A stretch of DNA of 64,000 nt, from contig CAVRVY010000004.1 of the NCBI GenBank assembly GCA_963724765.1, positions 576,001 through 640,000 of the forward strand, written 5' to 3'. The DNA comes from an uncultured delta proteobacterium. GTDB lineage: Bacteria; Desulfobacterota; Binatia; Binatales; Binataceae. The notes under the pieces were generated by a model. The model was not told the DNA's origin. It searched no databases and worked only from the letters and a program-made list of their open reading frames with translations. This document shows positions 21,126-35,217 of the stretch, piece after piece. Each line of letters starts with the position of its first letter. Positions within the stretch are counted from its first letter, which is position 1. Position numbers and translations under genes: made by a program.

Positions 21126-22442
21126 TCAGGTCCAATGACGCATCGGCACGCCCCGGTAGCGCATGCGCGGGCGGATGAGCCGGTTATCGGCGTATTGCTC
21201 GAGGCTGTGCGCGATCCATCCGGCGGCGCGGCCGACGGCGAAGATCGCAGCCGGCAGCCCGCGCGCGAACCCCAGCATCCGCGCGCACACGGTGAGATAG
21301 AAATCCAGATTGGGACGCAGGCGCTCGCGCCGCCACACCGTCTCCTCGACGCGCAGCGCGGTCTCGAACAGGCGACGGCCGCGATGGCGCGCAATCTCCG
21401 CGGCTTCCTTCTTGAGCAGCACCGCGCGCGGATCGCCGGCCGGATAGATCGCATGGCCGAAACCAGGGGGAAGGCGCCACTTGACGCTGAACGCGGCGAG
21501 GCACTCCTCCAGGCGCATCCCGGCGTCGAGTTGCGCGAACATCTGCTCGATACGATCGCACGCGCCGCCGTGAATCGGACCCGAGAGCGAACAGAGCGCG
21601 GCCAGCACCGAGGCGTAGAGGTCGGCGCCGGTGGAGGCAACGACGCGCGCCGCAAAGGTCGAGGCATTAAGCTCGTGCTCGGCGCACGCGACCAGGATGC
21701 GATCGAGCGTGGCGATCTCCCACTCGGCGGCCGCCGCGTGCAGACCGACGCTCGCCAGGCGCGCCGCCATTCCCGCGCCGCCGCTGGCAAAACTCACGCG
21801 TCCGCGCGCCAGCGCGAGCGGCAACACGCCCATGATTCGCGTGCCCTGCTCGACCGTGGGATGCGTGCCGCGATGGCGCTCGAGCGACGCCAGCGCCGGC
21901 ATCGCGACCTCCAGCCTGAGCAATGGCGAAGCGTCGTCGCCCACCGCGCGCAGCGCCGCCACGACCTTCTCCGGCACCTCGGTTCGCGCGATCACCTGGC
22001 GCAGCGCCGCGATAGCGCCCGCCTGCGGCCGCTCGCCGGTCCAGAGCAGCAGGCAAACTTCTTCGAAGGAGGCCCGCGCGATCAACTCCTCAACCGGATA
22101 GCCGCGATAGGCGAGCCGCCCTTCGATAATCGAACTTACCGCCGACTCGGCGACGATTACGCCGTAGCCCGAGCCGTCGCTGGAGGGCGGCTGCGCGATG
22201 GTCACCCATGACGAAGCGTCGGGCAGGCTGCGGCCGCGGCGTCCGCCTTCGGCGGTGGCAAGATCGCGCAGCGCGTCGATATCGTCACGGCGGTAAAGCG
22301 CCTGACGCCCGATACGCCGGCGATAGCTGCGGAGCCATCCGCGGCTGACATAGGCGTAGAGCGTGCCGAGCTTGACGCCGAGCTGCGCGGCGGCTTCGTC
22401 CGCGGTGATCATGCGGGGACGTTCGGCTTCGCGCGTCGCCAT
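21126..22442 (-). CDS. Citrate-synthase-family protein with N-terminal HTH
   Basis: N-terminal EAAAQLGVKLGTLYAYVSRG; C-terminal EHELNASTF, HGGA, GFGH, PNLDF. Confidence 0.88.
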   Translation of the reverse strand: MATREAERPRMITADEAAAQLGVKLGTLYAYVSRGWLRSYRRRIGRQALYRRDDIDALRDLATAEGGRRGRSLPDASSWVTIAQPPSSDGSGYGVIVAESAVSSIIEGRLAYRGYPVEELIARASFEEVCLLLWTGERPQAGAIAALRQVIARTEVPEKVVAALRAVGDDASPLLRLEVAMPALASLERHRGTHPTVEQGTRIMGVLPLALARGRVSFASGGAGMAARLASVGLHAAAAEWEIATLDRILVACAEHELNASTFAARVVASTGADLYASVLAALCSLSGPIHGGACDRIEQMFAQLDAGMRLEECLAAFSVKWRLPPGFGHAIYPAGDPRAVLLKKEAAEIARHRGRRLFETALRVEETVWRRERLRPNLDFYLTVCARMLGFARGLPAAIFAVGRAAGWIAHSLEQYADNRLIRPRMRYRGVPMRHWT

Positions 22443-22514
22443 CGCGGCTATCACGCCATCGCAGCCGGCCGCACGTCAAGCCGCCGCGTGACGAGTATCT
22501 TTATCCAGCATGCG

Positions 22515-23270
22515 TCACTTCTTGCCCAGGTTCGCGAGCTGGCCGGCGAGCAAACGGCGCGTCTCTTCCGATCGGGTGACCTCGGCGACCTCGAGCAGAT
22601 CGCCGCGCCGCTGCGCCATCACGCGCGCAAGCGCTTCGCGCTGGATCGCGCGCTTGGTATGCGCATACGCGAGCTGGCCGTGCAGGGCGAGCCGCCGCGC
22701 CAGCGCGACGCACCGCTCCTCGAGGCGATCCGGCGCAACAACCTCGTCGACGATTCCCAACTCCAGCGCTCGCGGCGCCTCGAAGAATTCAGCGCCCAGG
22801 GCCGCATCGCGCAGCGCGCGCGGCGTCAGCGCCATCCGGGCTATCTCGAATGCCCCCTGCGGAAAGACAAGCCCGATCGAGACTTCGTTGAGCCCGAACT
22901 TGTGCCGCCCCTCGCACGTGATGCGAAAGTCGCATGCCAGGGCGATAATCGTGCCGCCTGCGATCGCGTGTCCGTTGACCATCGCGACCGTCGGCTTCGG
23001 CAGCGTCCACAGCGCAAATACGCCATCCTCCGGACCGCCGCCGAGATTGCCGACCATCTCGCCGCTCTCGCCTGCCCGCAGATCGACTCCGCCGCTGAAG
23101 AACCTGCCGTTGCCGGCGACGATCACGGCGCGCACGGCGGCGTCGGCCCGCGCGGCATCACACTGCTCCGCGAGCGCCCGGTTGAACTCGCGATTGATCG
23201 CATTGGCGGGCGGCCGGTTCAGAGCAAGCATCCGCACGCCGTCACCGATGTCTTTGGCCTCGACCAGCAT
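22515..23270 (-). CDS. Enoyl-CoA hydratase/isomerase
   Basis: LNRPPANAI, FSGGVDL, NGHAIAGG, LACDFR. Confidence 0.92.
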   Translation of the reverse strand: MLVEAKDIGDGVRMLALNRPPANAINREFNRALAEQCDAARADAAVRAVIVAGNGRFFSGGVDLRAGESGEMVGNLGGGPEDGVFALWTLPKPTVAMVNGHAIAGGTIIALACDFRITCEGRHKFGLNEVSIGLVFPQGAFEIARMALTPRALRDAALGAEFFEAPRALELGIVDEVVAPDRLEERCVALARRLALHGQLAYAHTKRAIQREALARVMAQRRGDLLEVAEVTRSEETRRLLAGQLANLGKK

Positions 23271-23320
23271 CTTAGTCGCTCCTTGATTTGTCTATTCCAG
23301 AACCCGCGCGTGCCGTAAAG

Positions 23321-24100
23321 CTACACGCGGCGCAGCACGCCGAGCCAGCGTCCGTAGCATTTTTCGATCGGCTTCGTGAACGAAAGGTCGGCGTAGCACG
23401 CCACCATCGTGAAGTATCCGCAAGCGCGCGCGGCAAGCTCGAGCAGGCTCGGCAGCGTGTAGCGCACCGGCACGACGTCGCGCGTGACCACCGGGCCGGC
23501 GGGAAAATGGATCGTGCATTCAAGCTCGTAGATCGAGTGCATCCCCGATGACCATGCGATTGGACGATGGTACTCGCGCACGTCCACCCGCGTGCCGCCG
23601 GCGATGACTTTTCGGCGGCGCCAGAGCTTGCGCGCGGCGACTACCTCGACGCCGTCGTGACGGTCGATATCGACGCAGTAGAGTCCGCCGCGTCCGAGCA
23701 ATCGCCCGACCGAGGCCAGATGGGAAAGCAGCGCGCGGTTGTCGGTCATGATCGGAAAGGTCTCGGACATGAAGAAGGCGGCGTCGAACGGACGCTCCGG
23801 AAGGCGGAAGCGCTCGATCGAGCGGCGGTAAAAGCGAATCGGCGCGTCGCCCGCCGCTTTGCGTCCGGCCGCGATCATCGTCGGCGAGCGATCGATACCG
23901 GCGACCGCAATTCCCGCGCGCGCCAGCCCGAGTCCGTGCGGCGAGTCGCCGCAGGCGACGTCGAGCACGCGGCGCACCGGGCGTTTCAGATGGCGGCGCC
24001 AGACCTTACGCATGAAGTCGACCTCGGCGCCGATCTCGGCGGGCTTCTCCATGTGCACGCGGCGGAAAATCGCTGGGTATTCGTAGATGCTCGGCTCCAT
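23321..24100 (-). CDS. Class I SAM-dependent methyltransferase
   Basis: RVLDVACGDSPH, GIDRSPTM, FDAAF. Confidence 0.85.
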   Translation of the reverse strand: MEPSIYEYPAIFRRVHMEKPAEIGAEVDFMRKVWRRHLKRPVRRVLDVACGDSPHGLGLARAGIAVAGIDRSPTMIAAGRKAAGDAPIRFYRRSIERFRLPERPFDAAFFMSETFPIMTDNRALLSHLASVGRLLGRGGLYCVDIDRHDGVEVVAARKLWRRRKVIAGGTRVDVREYHRPIAWSSGMHSIYELECTIHFPAGPVVTRDVVPVRYTLPSLLELAARACGYFTMVACYADLSFTKPIEKCYGRWLGVLRRV

Positions 24101-24312
24101 CGCGATCGCAGCTTAGCCGTGGCGCCGCGCGATCACCAAGCCATTCGATCAGATCGACGAGGCACACGCTCGGGCTCCGATTCGCGCTATATTTGGAGCG
24201 CGACGCGCACTTGTGAATGCGCGTCGGTCACACGATAATGCGCCCGCGCGCCGCTGCGGAGGCCTCACGCGCGCTACGCGGCGAAGAAAATCACACTGGG
24301 AGTGGCAATCCG

Positions 24313-25521
24313 ATGAGCAAGCCGCTTGAAGGCATCAAGGTGATCGAGGTCGGCCAGGAAATCCAGGGACCGTTCGCGGGACTGGTGCTCGCCGACATGG
24401 GCGCCAGCGTTATCAAGATCGAGAACCGCGAGACCGGGGACTTGAGCCGCTGGCTGACGTGCGGGTTGATCGGCGGACCCGAGGCCAAAAACCAGGACGT
24501 CTCCTTCTACTTCACCGCGATGAACCGCGGCAAACGCAGCATCACGCTCGACCTCAAGAAGGCCGGCGGCGTCGCGCTCATCCATCGGTTGGCCAAATCC
24601 TGCGACGTGCTGCTCACCAACTATCGGCCCGGCGTGCTCGACCGGCTCGGGCTCGGGTTCGACGACCTGCTCAAGGACAACCCTAAAATCGTTTATGCGC
24701 AGGCGAGTTCGTGGGGGCCGAAAGGACCGTGGGTCAAGCGCCCGAGCCGCGACACGCTGGCGCAGGCGGCGAGCGGCCTGATGGCGAAAACCGGGATGCC
24801 CGAGGATCCGCCGCTGGCGGCGGGAATCGCGGTCGCCGACCACTCGGGAGCGCTCAGCCTGGCGGCGGGCGTGCTCGGCGCGCTGTTCGCGCGCGAGCGC
24901 ACCGGCAAGGGTCAGCGGGTCGACGCTTCAATCTTCGGCACGCTCATCGCGATGCAGGGGTTCGAGTTGAACTTCGTCTCGATGAGCGGCCGGGACACGC
25001 TGCGCGCGGGCCGCGGCCATCAATTTTTGCACGGCGTCTGGGGCGCGTACCGGACCAGCGACGGATGGCTCTGCATCGCGGGTGTCGACGACAAGCGATG
25101 GCCTGATTTCTGCCGCGTGATGGGTATTCAACATCTCCAGGACGATCCGCAATTCGATAACCCGACGCGCAACTTCCACGGCTGGAAGATGATCGAAGTG
25201 CTCGACGCGATCTTCCCGCAAAGAACCACCCGGCAATGGCTCGACGAATTGACCGCCGTCGACATCCTGGTCACCGAGGTCGCCGACTACCGGATGCTGC
25301 TCAACAACGAGCAGGCGCGCGTCAATGGCTACCTTCAGGAACTCGACCATCCGACCGCCGGGCGCGTGCTGGTCTCGGGGACTCCGATTAGCTACAACGG
25401 CGAAGTGCGGACCCAGTCGCCACCGGCGCCCGAGTGGGGACAGCATACGGAGGAGGTGCTGCTCGAGTTCGGCTACTCGTGGGAGGAGATAGCCGCGCTG
25501 CGTGACGAGGGAGCAATCTGA
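24313..25521 (+). CDS. CaiB/BaiF family III CoA-transferase
   Basis: PLEGIKVIE, LADMGASVIKIE, NRGKRSITLDLK, GQHTEEVL. Confidence 0.94.
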   Translation: MSKPLEGIKVIEVGQEIQGPFAGLVLADMGASVIKIENRETGDLSRWLTCGLIGGPEAKNQDVSFYFTAMNRGKRSITLDLKKAGGVALIHRLAKSCDVLLTNYRPGVLDRLGLGFDDLLKDNPKIVYAQASSWGPKGPWVKRPSRDTLAQAASGLMAKTGMPEDPPLAAGIAVADHSGALSLAAGVLGALFARERTGKGQRVDASIFGTLIAMQGFELNFVSMSGRDTLRAGRGHQFLHGVWGAYRTSDGWLCIAGVDDKRWPDFCRVMGIQHLQDDPQFDNPTRNFHGWKMIEVLDAIFPQRTTRQWLDELTAVDILVTEVADYRMLLNNEQARVNGYLQELDHPTAGRVLVSGTPISYNGEVRTQSPPAPEWGQHTEEVLLEFGYSWEEIAALRDEGAI

Positions 25522-25659
25522 TCGAGACAGCGGCCGCGCGTTCGCGGCATTGGACAGCCGCCGAGCGCCGGGCCTAGAATCGCCATGCGGCCGTGGCCAG
25601 AGCGCAATCGGAATCGCGATACGCGGCACGCCACAATTCGCAAACGGAGGAAATATCCA

Positions 25660-29020
<3,361 letters not shown>

Positions 29021-29090
29021 TCTTATACAGCCGTACGCGTCTGGCAGCCTAGGACTTCGGTGATGCGTGAGCGCCCCGAGACTGGAGTAG

Positions 29091-29693
29091 CTAATGACGC
29101 GCCTGGCATTCGACCCCCGGGTTATACCCTCGAATGAGCGTGTCCGTGACCTCCCGGATATGTCTCGAGTTACTAATGTACTCCGCCAGAATGTCACTGC
29201 GTACGTCGGGCTGTGCTTTGCCGACCACCGGCAAACGCTCGGCCAGATAATCGTCAGAGAAATCGCTGAGTGAAACCAGGCTTACCGGCCACGCGTTGAG
29301 TTGTTGGGGACCGGTCAGGCCCAGGGTGAGGATGGTCTTGTATTCGAGCGCCTGAAGGCTGGGGCCTTGATTCATACGTCCGACGAACAACCACTTCTGG
29401 GTAAAAGCCGGAACCAGAAATGGCGGATCGGCACTGTGAAACATGCATTGCTCCTGAATCAGGGACTTTTCAACGTTGTTGCTATCGGCCAAAAGAGCGG
29501 ATGGGCTGACAAATACGAACTTGGTCGAGCGTCCGACAAAATTCAGCATTGAAGGACCCGGTGAAGCTGTGGTTACCGCGGTCTCGGCCGTACTGGAGCT
29601 GGAGCCTGAGCCTCCCGCCAGTGAACCAAATGCCGCACAACCGGAAAAAATTGCGGCCGCAAGTAAAAGTTCAACTATCGTTATCTTGCGCAT
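29091..29693 (-). CDS. Hypothetical lipoprotein
   Basis: Signal peptide with lipobox FSG-C and Ser/Gly linker; composition visibly less GC-rich than flanks. Confidence 0.6.
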   Translation of the reverse strand: MRKITIVELLLAAAIFSGCAAFGSLAGGSGSSSSTAETAVTTASPGPSMLNFVGRSTKFVFVSPSALLADSNNVEKSLIQEQCMFHSADPPFLVPAFTQKWLFVGRMNQGPSLQALEYKTILTLGLTGPQQLNAWPVSLVSLSDFSDDYLAERLPVVGKAQPDVRSDILAEYISNSRHIREVTDTLIRGYNPGVECQARH

Positions 29694-29894
29694 TTTAAAT
29701 CACCAAACGACTTTGATGTCCTGTAACTGAGGGAGAAGCTCAGGCTCTATGATTCTGTAGGAGCAAAATGTGTACCGATATCGCCGGTTTGATCCGCTAT
29801 CCAGCTTCCTTGCAACGAAGGGAAACCCAACTGTCCGTGTGTGGGCCGGGATGATGTTGGGCGCGTCGCCGCCATGGGTGACGATGGGTGGATG

Positions 29895-30110
29895 CGCCTC
29901 GGCAGTACATGGTGCGGGCGCGAACTTTTGATCAACTCCACAAGATCCGCTCGCGGGTACAGAAATGTTTCGAGGCGAAAGAGATCGCGACCGGCGCCCA
30001 AACTCGAGATCGAAGGCGGCGACAAACCGTATGCTGAACTGATCAGCGATGTCGAACTAGCGGCGCTCTACGAGAGCAATGGCGAGATGCTCTGCCGCGA
30101 CTTTGTCGTT
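29895..30110 (+). pseudogene. Fragment of M20-family amidohydrolase
   Basis: Across one frameshift: QYMVRARTFDQLHKIRSRVQKCFEA..ATGA/KLEIEGGDKPYAELISDVELAALYESN, resembling the AbgB/PM20D2 dimerisation region. Confidence 0.55.
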
Positions 30111-30289
30111 CCGGGCGCTCAGACCATCAGCCCGAATTCACCGCGAACCTGCATCAACGCAGGCCGCCGGACCAAGCTATCTTCGACGGCTGAGTCACGA
30201 TGGCCCGGGCGGCGATCGACGCGGCGTCAGACCCTAAGCTGGCGCGCGCCTGATGAGCGCTTAGAGCCGTAGTAAGAATTGAGCAATTC

Positions 30290-31345
30290 TCACGGCCGCG
30301 CTTCCAGCACCAGGTTGAACGGAGTGGCGGTGGCGCGCCGGACATGCGAGAAACCCCCGCTCAATATCACTTCTCGTAGTCTGGCTTCACCGGCCTGAGT
30401 GCCGAGAGCCAGGCCGACTTCCTGCGATAATGATGCGGGCACGCAAATCTGCGTCGAGGCCGAATAAAATATGCGGCCGATCGGATTGAGATTTTCCGTC
30501 ATTCGATCGCTTGCGAAAGGCTCGACAATCATCCAGGTGCCGCCCGCTTTCAAAGCCGACTTGACATGCGCAGCCGCTCCGACAGGGTCGCCCATGTCAT
30601 GCAGACAGTCGAAGAATGCAACCAGATCGAAGGTGCCGGTAAATTCCTTCGCCGACGCCCGCTGGAAGGTGATCCGGTCAGCGACGCCGTGCGCGCGCGC
30701 TAGCTCGCGCGCGCGCACGAGCGATGGTTCGTGATAGTCGAAGCCTGAGAATTCCGATTTCGGAAACGCCTTGGCCAGCAAAATGGTTGACGCCCCATGA
30801 CCGCATCCGACATCTGCGACGCGCGCGCCACGTTCGAGCTTTTCCTTCACGCCGTCCAATGCCGGGATCCATTCCGAGACTAAATGGATCGCGTAGCCGG
30901 GGCGGAAAAAACGCTCTGTACCACGAAACAGGCAGGGATCATGCTCATGCCATCCAACACCTGCGCCGGTGCGGAACGCGGCCTCGACCTTGGGTAAATC
31001 GCGCGCGGCCGCGGCGGCAATTTCGAACATCGCGGGAAAAAACGCAGGGCCATTCTCGTCGGCTAGGATCAGCGCCTGCTCAGGTGAAATCGAAAATCGC
31101 TCCGTCGCAGAGTCAAAATTGATATAGCCGGCCGCCGCCTGCGCGGCTGCCCACTCGTGCACGTAGCGCGCCGCCGTGCCGGTCCGCGAGGCGAGCTCCG
31201 CCGAGGTCAATGGCCCGGCGGCTGCCAGGGTCTTGTACAATCCAAACTTGTCGCCCAGGAGGACCAGGCCGATGCCCATCGCGGCACCTACCTCACCAAG
31301 CATCTTGCCGAGCAGTTGCTGAAGCTTTGCTTCGTCGACTGCCAT
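30290..31345 (-). CDS. Class I SAM methyltransferase with N-terminal winged helix (Rv2258c-like)
   Basis: GDKFGLYKTL, ARYVHEW, VADVGCGHG, FDCLHDMGDP, LGTQAGE. Confidence 0.9.
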   Translation of the reverse strand: MAVDEAKLQQLLGKMLGEVGAAMGIGLVLLGDKFGLYKTLAAAGPLTSAELASRTGTAARYVHEWAAAQAAAGYINFDSATERFSISPEQALILADENGPAFFPAMFEIAAAAARDLPKVEAAFRTGAGVGWHEHDPCLFRGTERFFRPGYAIHLVSEWIPALDGVKEKLERGARVADVGCGHGASTILLAKAFPKSEFSGFDYHEPSLVRARELARAHGVADRITFQRASAKEFTGTFDLVAFFDCLHDMGDPVGAAAHVKSALKAGGTWMIVEPFASDRMTENLNPIGRIFYSASTQICVPASLSQEVGLALGTQAGEARLREVILSGGFSHVRRATATPFNLVLEARP

Positions 31346-31454
31346 CGCATGCCTCCTTCAGCGCTTTTTTGTGAGTCGAATTCCTCTTTTGATTCTTCGC
31401 TAAATTATGCGGCGCGAGCGAAGAGCGCCAGCGGCGCCGCGAAAGCGCCACGCC

Positions 31455-33545
31455 CTACCATCGGACGACCTGCTCGTAGATTTTCGGCAATACGCGCGGC
31501 AGCGAGGTGATGTCCTCGATCACCAGGTAGCGCGACGGCGAGCACATCTGGCGCAGGTAATCGTGGCCGGTGCGATCTACGGTGATGCAGAACGGCAGCA
31601 CCCCCGCCATCTCGAGTTCCTTGAGCGCCACCATCGTGTCCTGGATGCCATAGGCGTTGGAGCGCCGGTCGTGGCCGTAGTCGAAGTCCTGCGGAAAGCC
31701 GTCGCTTAGCAGGATCATATGTTTGGCGCGCGAGCTCACGTCCTTGAATTTCTCGCGCACGTGGCGAATCGCCGCGCCCATCCGGGTCGATCGCTTGGGC
31801 TCGACCGCGCCGACGCGCGCCTTGACCTCGTCGCTCAGCCCCTGGCTGAACTCCTTGATGACGTAAAACTCGACGTTGTCGCGGCCGTGGCCGGAAAATC
31901 CCATGATCGCGTAGGAGTCGCCGATTTCTTCGAGCGCCTCGGCCATGATTACCAGTGCTTCCTTATTTACGTCGATGATGCGGCGTGGGCGCTGGCTCTG
32001 TTGCGGACGGCGCTGCCAGGCTTTCATCCAATCGTCGTTGTGATCGTCATCGTCGGCGGGGGCCTTGCGCACCTCGCGATGGATCGGCTCGTCGGTGGAG
32101 GCCGACATGTCGAGCAGGAAGAGCGTGGCGACGTCGCGCGACTCTTTTTTGCGCGCGCTGTAGACGCGCGGATCGGGGCTCTCGCCCATCAGGCGCGAGA
32201 CGCGGGTCTCGACCAGGCGTTCGAGGTCGAGTTCCTCGCCGTCCTCGAGTCCGCGGACCATCCGATATGAAGCGGGCCGGATACGCTGAAAGTGGCGGCG
32301 CACCTGCGGCAACATTTCGGAGTAGCGCGCCAGCGTCTGCGCGAAAAAATCGTTGTCGTCGCCGGCGAGCGGGACCTCGCGCAGCCGGCACCATCCGCGC
32401 CGGTAATCCGCGGCCACGTAGTCCCATTCGTCGTAGGAGTAGTAGGAATCCTGGTTGCGCCCGTGCATCAGCACCAGCCGCCCATGGTTGGAGGCCGGAC
32501 CGATCTCACCGAGCTGCTCGCGCAGCTCCTCGAGGTCCTGCGCCTGCTTGCCCGTGAGCTGGGTGAGATACATCCCTTCGCCCTCGGCGCCGCCCTCGCC
32601 CTCGGCCGGTTTGATCTGCGCCCCCTGCTCGAGCAGCTTGCGAATCTCCTCGGGACTGAGCGGGCGGCCGCCGCGGCCCTTGGACTGCTTGCCCGAGACT
32701 TCCATCCGCACGTTCTGATTGGTCTCGCCGTCGCTGTCGCCCTCGTCACCTTCGGGGCCTTCGCCTTCGCCGCCCTCGGCGCTGTCGAGGTTGCCGATAA
32801 GATCGTTGCGCAGCGCGTTGCCGTCGTCATCGAGGCCTTCGGCGGCGCCGGCGCGGCGCGCGGCGGCCATCAACTCCTGCAACCACGTGTACATCGCCGA
32901 GGCCTGGCGCGCGCTGGTCAACACGCCGGCGCCGGGCTTGCGCAGCGGCGCAAAGAATTCGGCGGCATGCCCGGTGAAAGTCTGCGCCGCCGCGTCATCG
33001 CCGGAGTCGATCTCGAGCGCGCCGCGCACCAGCATCGTGCTGAGCGCGCGCGGGTTCAGCTTCTCGACCAACGCGCGGTTGAGCTTAGCGATACGCGGAG
33101 CAAGGCCGCGGTAGCGCCGGGCCATCTCGCTGTCGACCCGCGCGCTCTCGCACAGCCGCATCAGGGCGCCGCCGAGCATCGGGTCGCTGAACGACGCGAC
33201 GAAACTTTCGATCGCTTCGACGCCGGTCTCGCCGCGTTGCTCGAAGCCAGGCAACTCGGCCAGGCAGAGCTTGAAAGTGCCGAACTCATGGCGGCCGGCG
33301 AGTTGCGCGGCGGTGACGAGATAGTAGTCGTAGGAGAGCGACGGTGAGCCGAGCGCGTCGATTTGCTCGGGCAGATGAATCATCTCGCCCGCCAGCAGCG
33401 GATAGTGAAAGGCCAGCATCGGGCCGCAATTGGCGATCGAATCCAGGCGAAATTCCTGCGGGTACAGCATCCGCATGAACTTCGTCAGCACGCCCTTGAT
33501 TTCGTGCAGTGCCTGCGGGCGATCCTCAGCCGAAGTGTGAGTCAT
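31455..33545 (-). CDS. NorD/CbbO-type VWA-domain protein
   Basis: YDEWDY...YRRGWC, DGEELDL, MIDAS LLDMSAST, TRMGAAIRH, LSDGFPQD, PFCITVD. Confidence 0.88.
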   Translation of the reverse strand: MTHTSAEDRPQALHEIKGVLTKFMRMLYPQEFRLDSIANCGPMLAFHYPLLAGEMIHLPEQIDALGSPSLSYDYYLVTAAQLAGRHEFGTFKLCLAELPGFEQRGETGVEAIESFVASFSDPMLGGALMRLCESARVDSEMARRYRGLAPRIAKLNRALVEKLNPRALSTMLVRGALEIDSGDDAAAQTFTGHAAEFFAPLRKPGAGVLTSARQASAMYTWLQELMAAARRAGAAEGLDDDGNALRNDLIGNLDSAEGGEGEGPEGDEGDSDGETNQNVRMEVSGKQSKGRGGRPLSPEEIRKLLEQGAQIKPAEGEGGAEGEGMYLTQLTGKQAQDLEELREQLGEIGPASNHGRLVLMHGRNQDSYYSYDEWDYVAADYRRGWCRLREVPLAGDDNDFFAQTLARYSEMLPQVRRHFQRIRPASYRMVRGLEDGEELDLERLVETRVSRLMGESPDPRVYSARKKESRDVATLFLLDMSASTDEPIHREVRKAPADDDDHNDDWMKAWQRRPQQSQRPRRIIDVNKEALVIMAEALEEIGDSYAIMGFSGHGRDNVEFYVIKEFSQGLSDEVKARVGAVEPKRSTRMGAAIRHVREKFKDVSSRAKHMILLSDGFPQDFDYGHDRRSNAYGIQDTMVALKELEMAGVLPFCITVDRTGHDYLRQMCSPSRYLVIEDITSLPRVLPKIYEQVVRW

Positions 33546-33714
33546 CACTTTGATTGTGACAAATCGCATACCCGCTATGCAATTTAATTTTCAGCCGTCC
33601 CGGACGCCCGCCGGAACGAACGAGGGCGCGCCGGCGTTGCAGATTAATGCACGCGCGCAAGCCGGAGCGCTCGGCTTGACGGCGCGGCGAGCGAGGTCTT
33701 TAGTGCTAGGAGTC

Positions 33715-35217
33715 ATGTTTATTCGAAGCCATTGCCTATTGCGTCGTCTGGCCCTATTGCGTCGTCTGGCATTGACGTTCGCGCTTGCCGCGCTGATTTT
33801 CAACGGAGCGCCGGGTCGCGCATGCGCCGGGATCACCGACGCGGTCAAGACCGAAACCCTGCCCAACGGGCTCAAGGTCCTGGTGCTAGAGAATCACAAG
33901 GCTCCGGTGGCGACCTTCAACCTGTTCACCAAGGTCGGGTCGCGCAATGAGAGCTTCAGCAAGACCGGCATCTCGCACCTGGTCGAACACTTGAAGTTCC
34001 GCGGCACCAAAAAGTACGGCCCCGAGGAGTTCTCCAACATCATCCAGGAAAATGGCGGGATGGATAACGCTTTCACTGGCGCCGACTTCACCGACTACTT
34101 CGAAGTGATCAACCGCGATCACCTCGACGTGCCGATCGGCCTGGAGGCCGACCGGATGGCGAACTTCGATCCCAAGGGCTTCGACTCCGAACTTGCGGTG
34201 GTGGAAGAGGAGCGGCGGATGCGCACCGACGACAATCCGGAGGACGCGCTTTCGGAAGCCACCCAGGCGCAGGCCTTCGTCGAGCATCCGTACCACTGGC
34301 CGGTGATCGGCTGGATGCAGGACATCCAGCGCCTGACGCTGGCCGACGCGCTCAAATATCACAGTGTCTATTACTCGCCGCAGAACGCGATCGCAGTCGC
34401 GGTGGGCGACTTCAACGCCGACCAGGTGCTCAAAGAGATTTCGGATTCCTTCGGCCCGATTAAAAACGGCCCCAAGCCGCCGCCGGTGCTCGAGGTCGAA
34501 CCGCCTCAGCAGGGCGAGCGGAAAATCGTGCTGCGTCACGCCGCCAACCTGCCGGCCTTCAACGCGGTCTATCACGTGCCCAACTATCGCGTCGGCGGGG
34601 CTGACGCCTTCGCGCTGGAAATCGCCTCCGAGATTCTCTCCGACGGCAAGAGCTCGCGCCTGTACCGCGCGATGGTGCTCGATAAGCAGATGGTGGTCGA
34701 CGTGTCAGCCAGCTACGACATGACCTCGTTCGACCCCGGATTGTTCGCGGTCTCGGCGCAGATGCGCCCTGGCGTGAAAACCGACGACGCGATCGCGGAG
34801 GCTGACAAGGTGATCGATCAGCTCAAGGACCAGCCGGTCGGCGCCGACGAATTGCAAAAAGCCAAGAACCTCGAGCAGTCGTCATTCGTGTTCGCGCAGG
34901 ATTCGATTTTCGAGGAGGCGCTGCAGCTCGGCGTGTGGCAGATGCTGGGTGATTACCATCTGATGGACCGTTACCTGGCGGAAATCGGCAAAGTCACCGC
35001 AGCCGACGTGCAACGGGTGGCGAAGAAATATCTGGTCGAGAACAATTGCACGCTCGGCGTGCTGGTGCCGACCGGTATCCTGCCCCATGAGCAGGGCGGA
35101 GGCGCCGGCGGCATGGTGCATCACGCACCCCCACTCGGCAGCGCCGATTCGATGCTGGAGACGGCACCGATGCGCATTACGCGCGTGCCCTCCGCGATCG
35201 AAGAGGTGGCGCGATGA
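33715..35217 (+). CDS. M16 family zinc peptidase, catalytic subunit
   Basis: HLVEH (HxxEH), NAFT, EERR, HPYHWPVIGW; signal peptide; AGGAG RBS. Confidence 0.92.
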   Translation: MFIRSHCLLRRLALLRRLALTFALAALIFNGAPGRACAGITDAVKTETLPNGLKVLVLENHKAPVATFNLFTKVGSRNESFSKTGISHLVEHLKFRGTKKYGPEEFSNIIQENGGMDNAFTGADFTDYFEVINRDHLDVPIGLEADRMANFDPKGFDSELAVVEEERRMRTDDNPEDALSEATQAQAFVEHPYHWPVIGWMQDIQRLTLADALKYHSVYYSPQNAIAVAVGDFNADQVLKEISDSFGPIKNGPKPPPVLEVEPPQQGERKIVLRHAANLPAFNAVYHVPNYRVGGADAFALEIASEILSDGKSSRLYRAMVLDKQMVVDVSASYDMTSFDPGLFAVSAQMRPGVKTDDAIAEADKVIDQLKDQPVGADELQKAKNLEQSSFVFAQDSIFEEALQLGVWQMLGDYHLMDRYLAEIGKVTAADVQRVAKKYLVENNCTLGVLVPTGILPHEQGGGAGGMVHHAPPLGSADSMLETAPMRITRVPSAIEEVAR

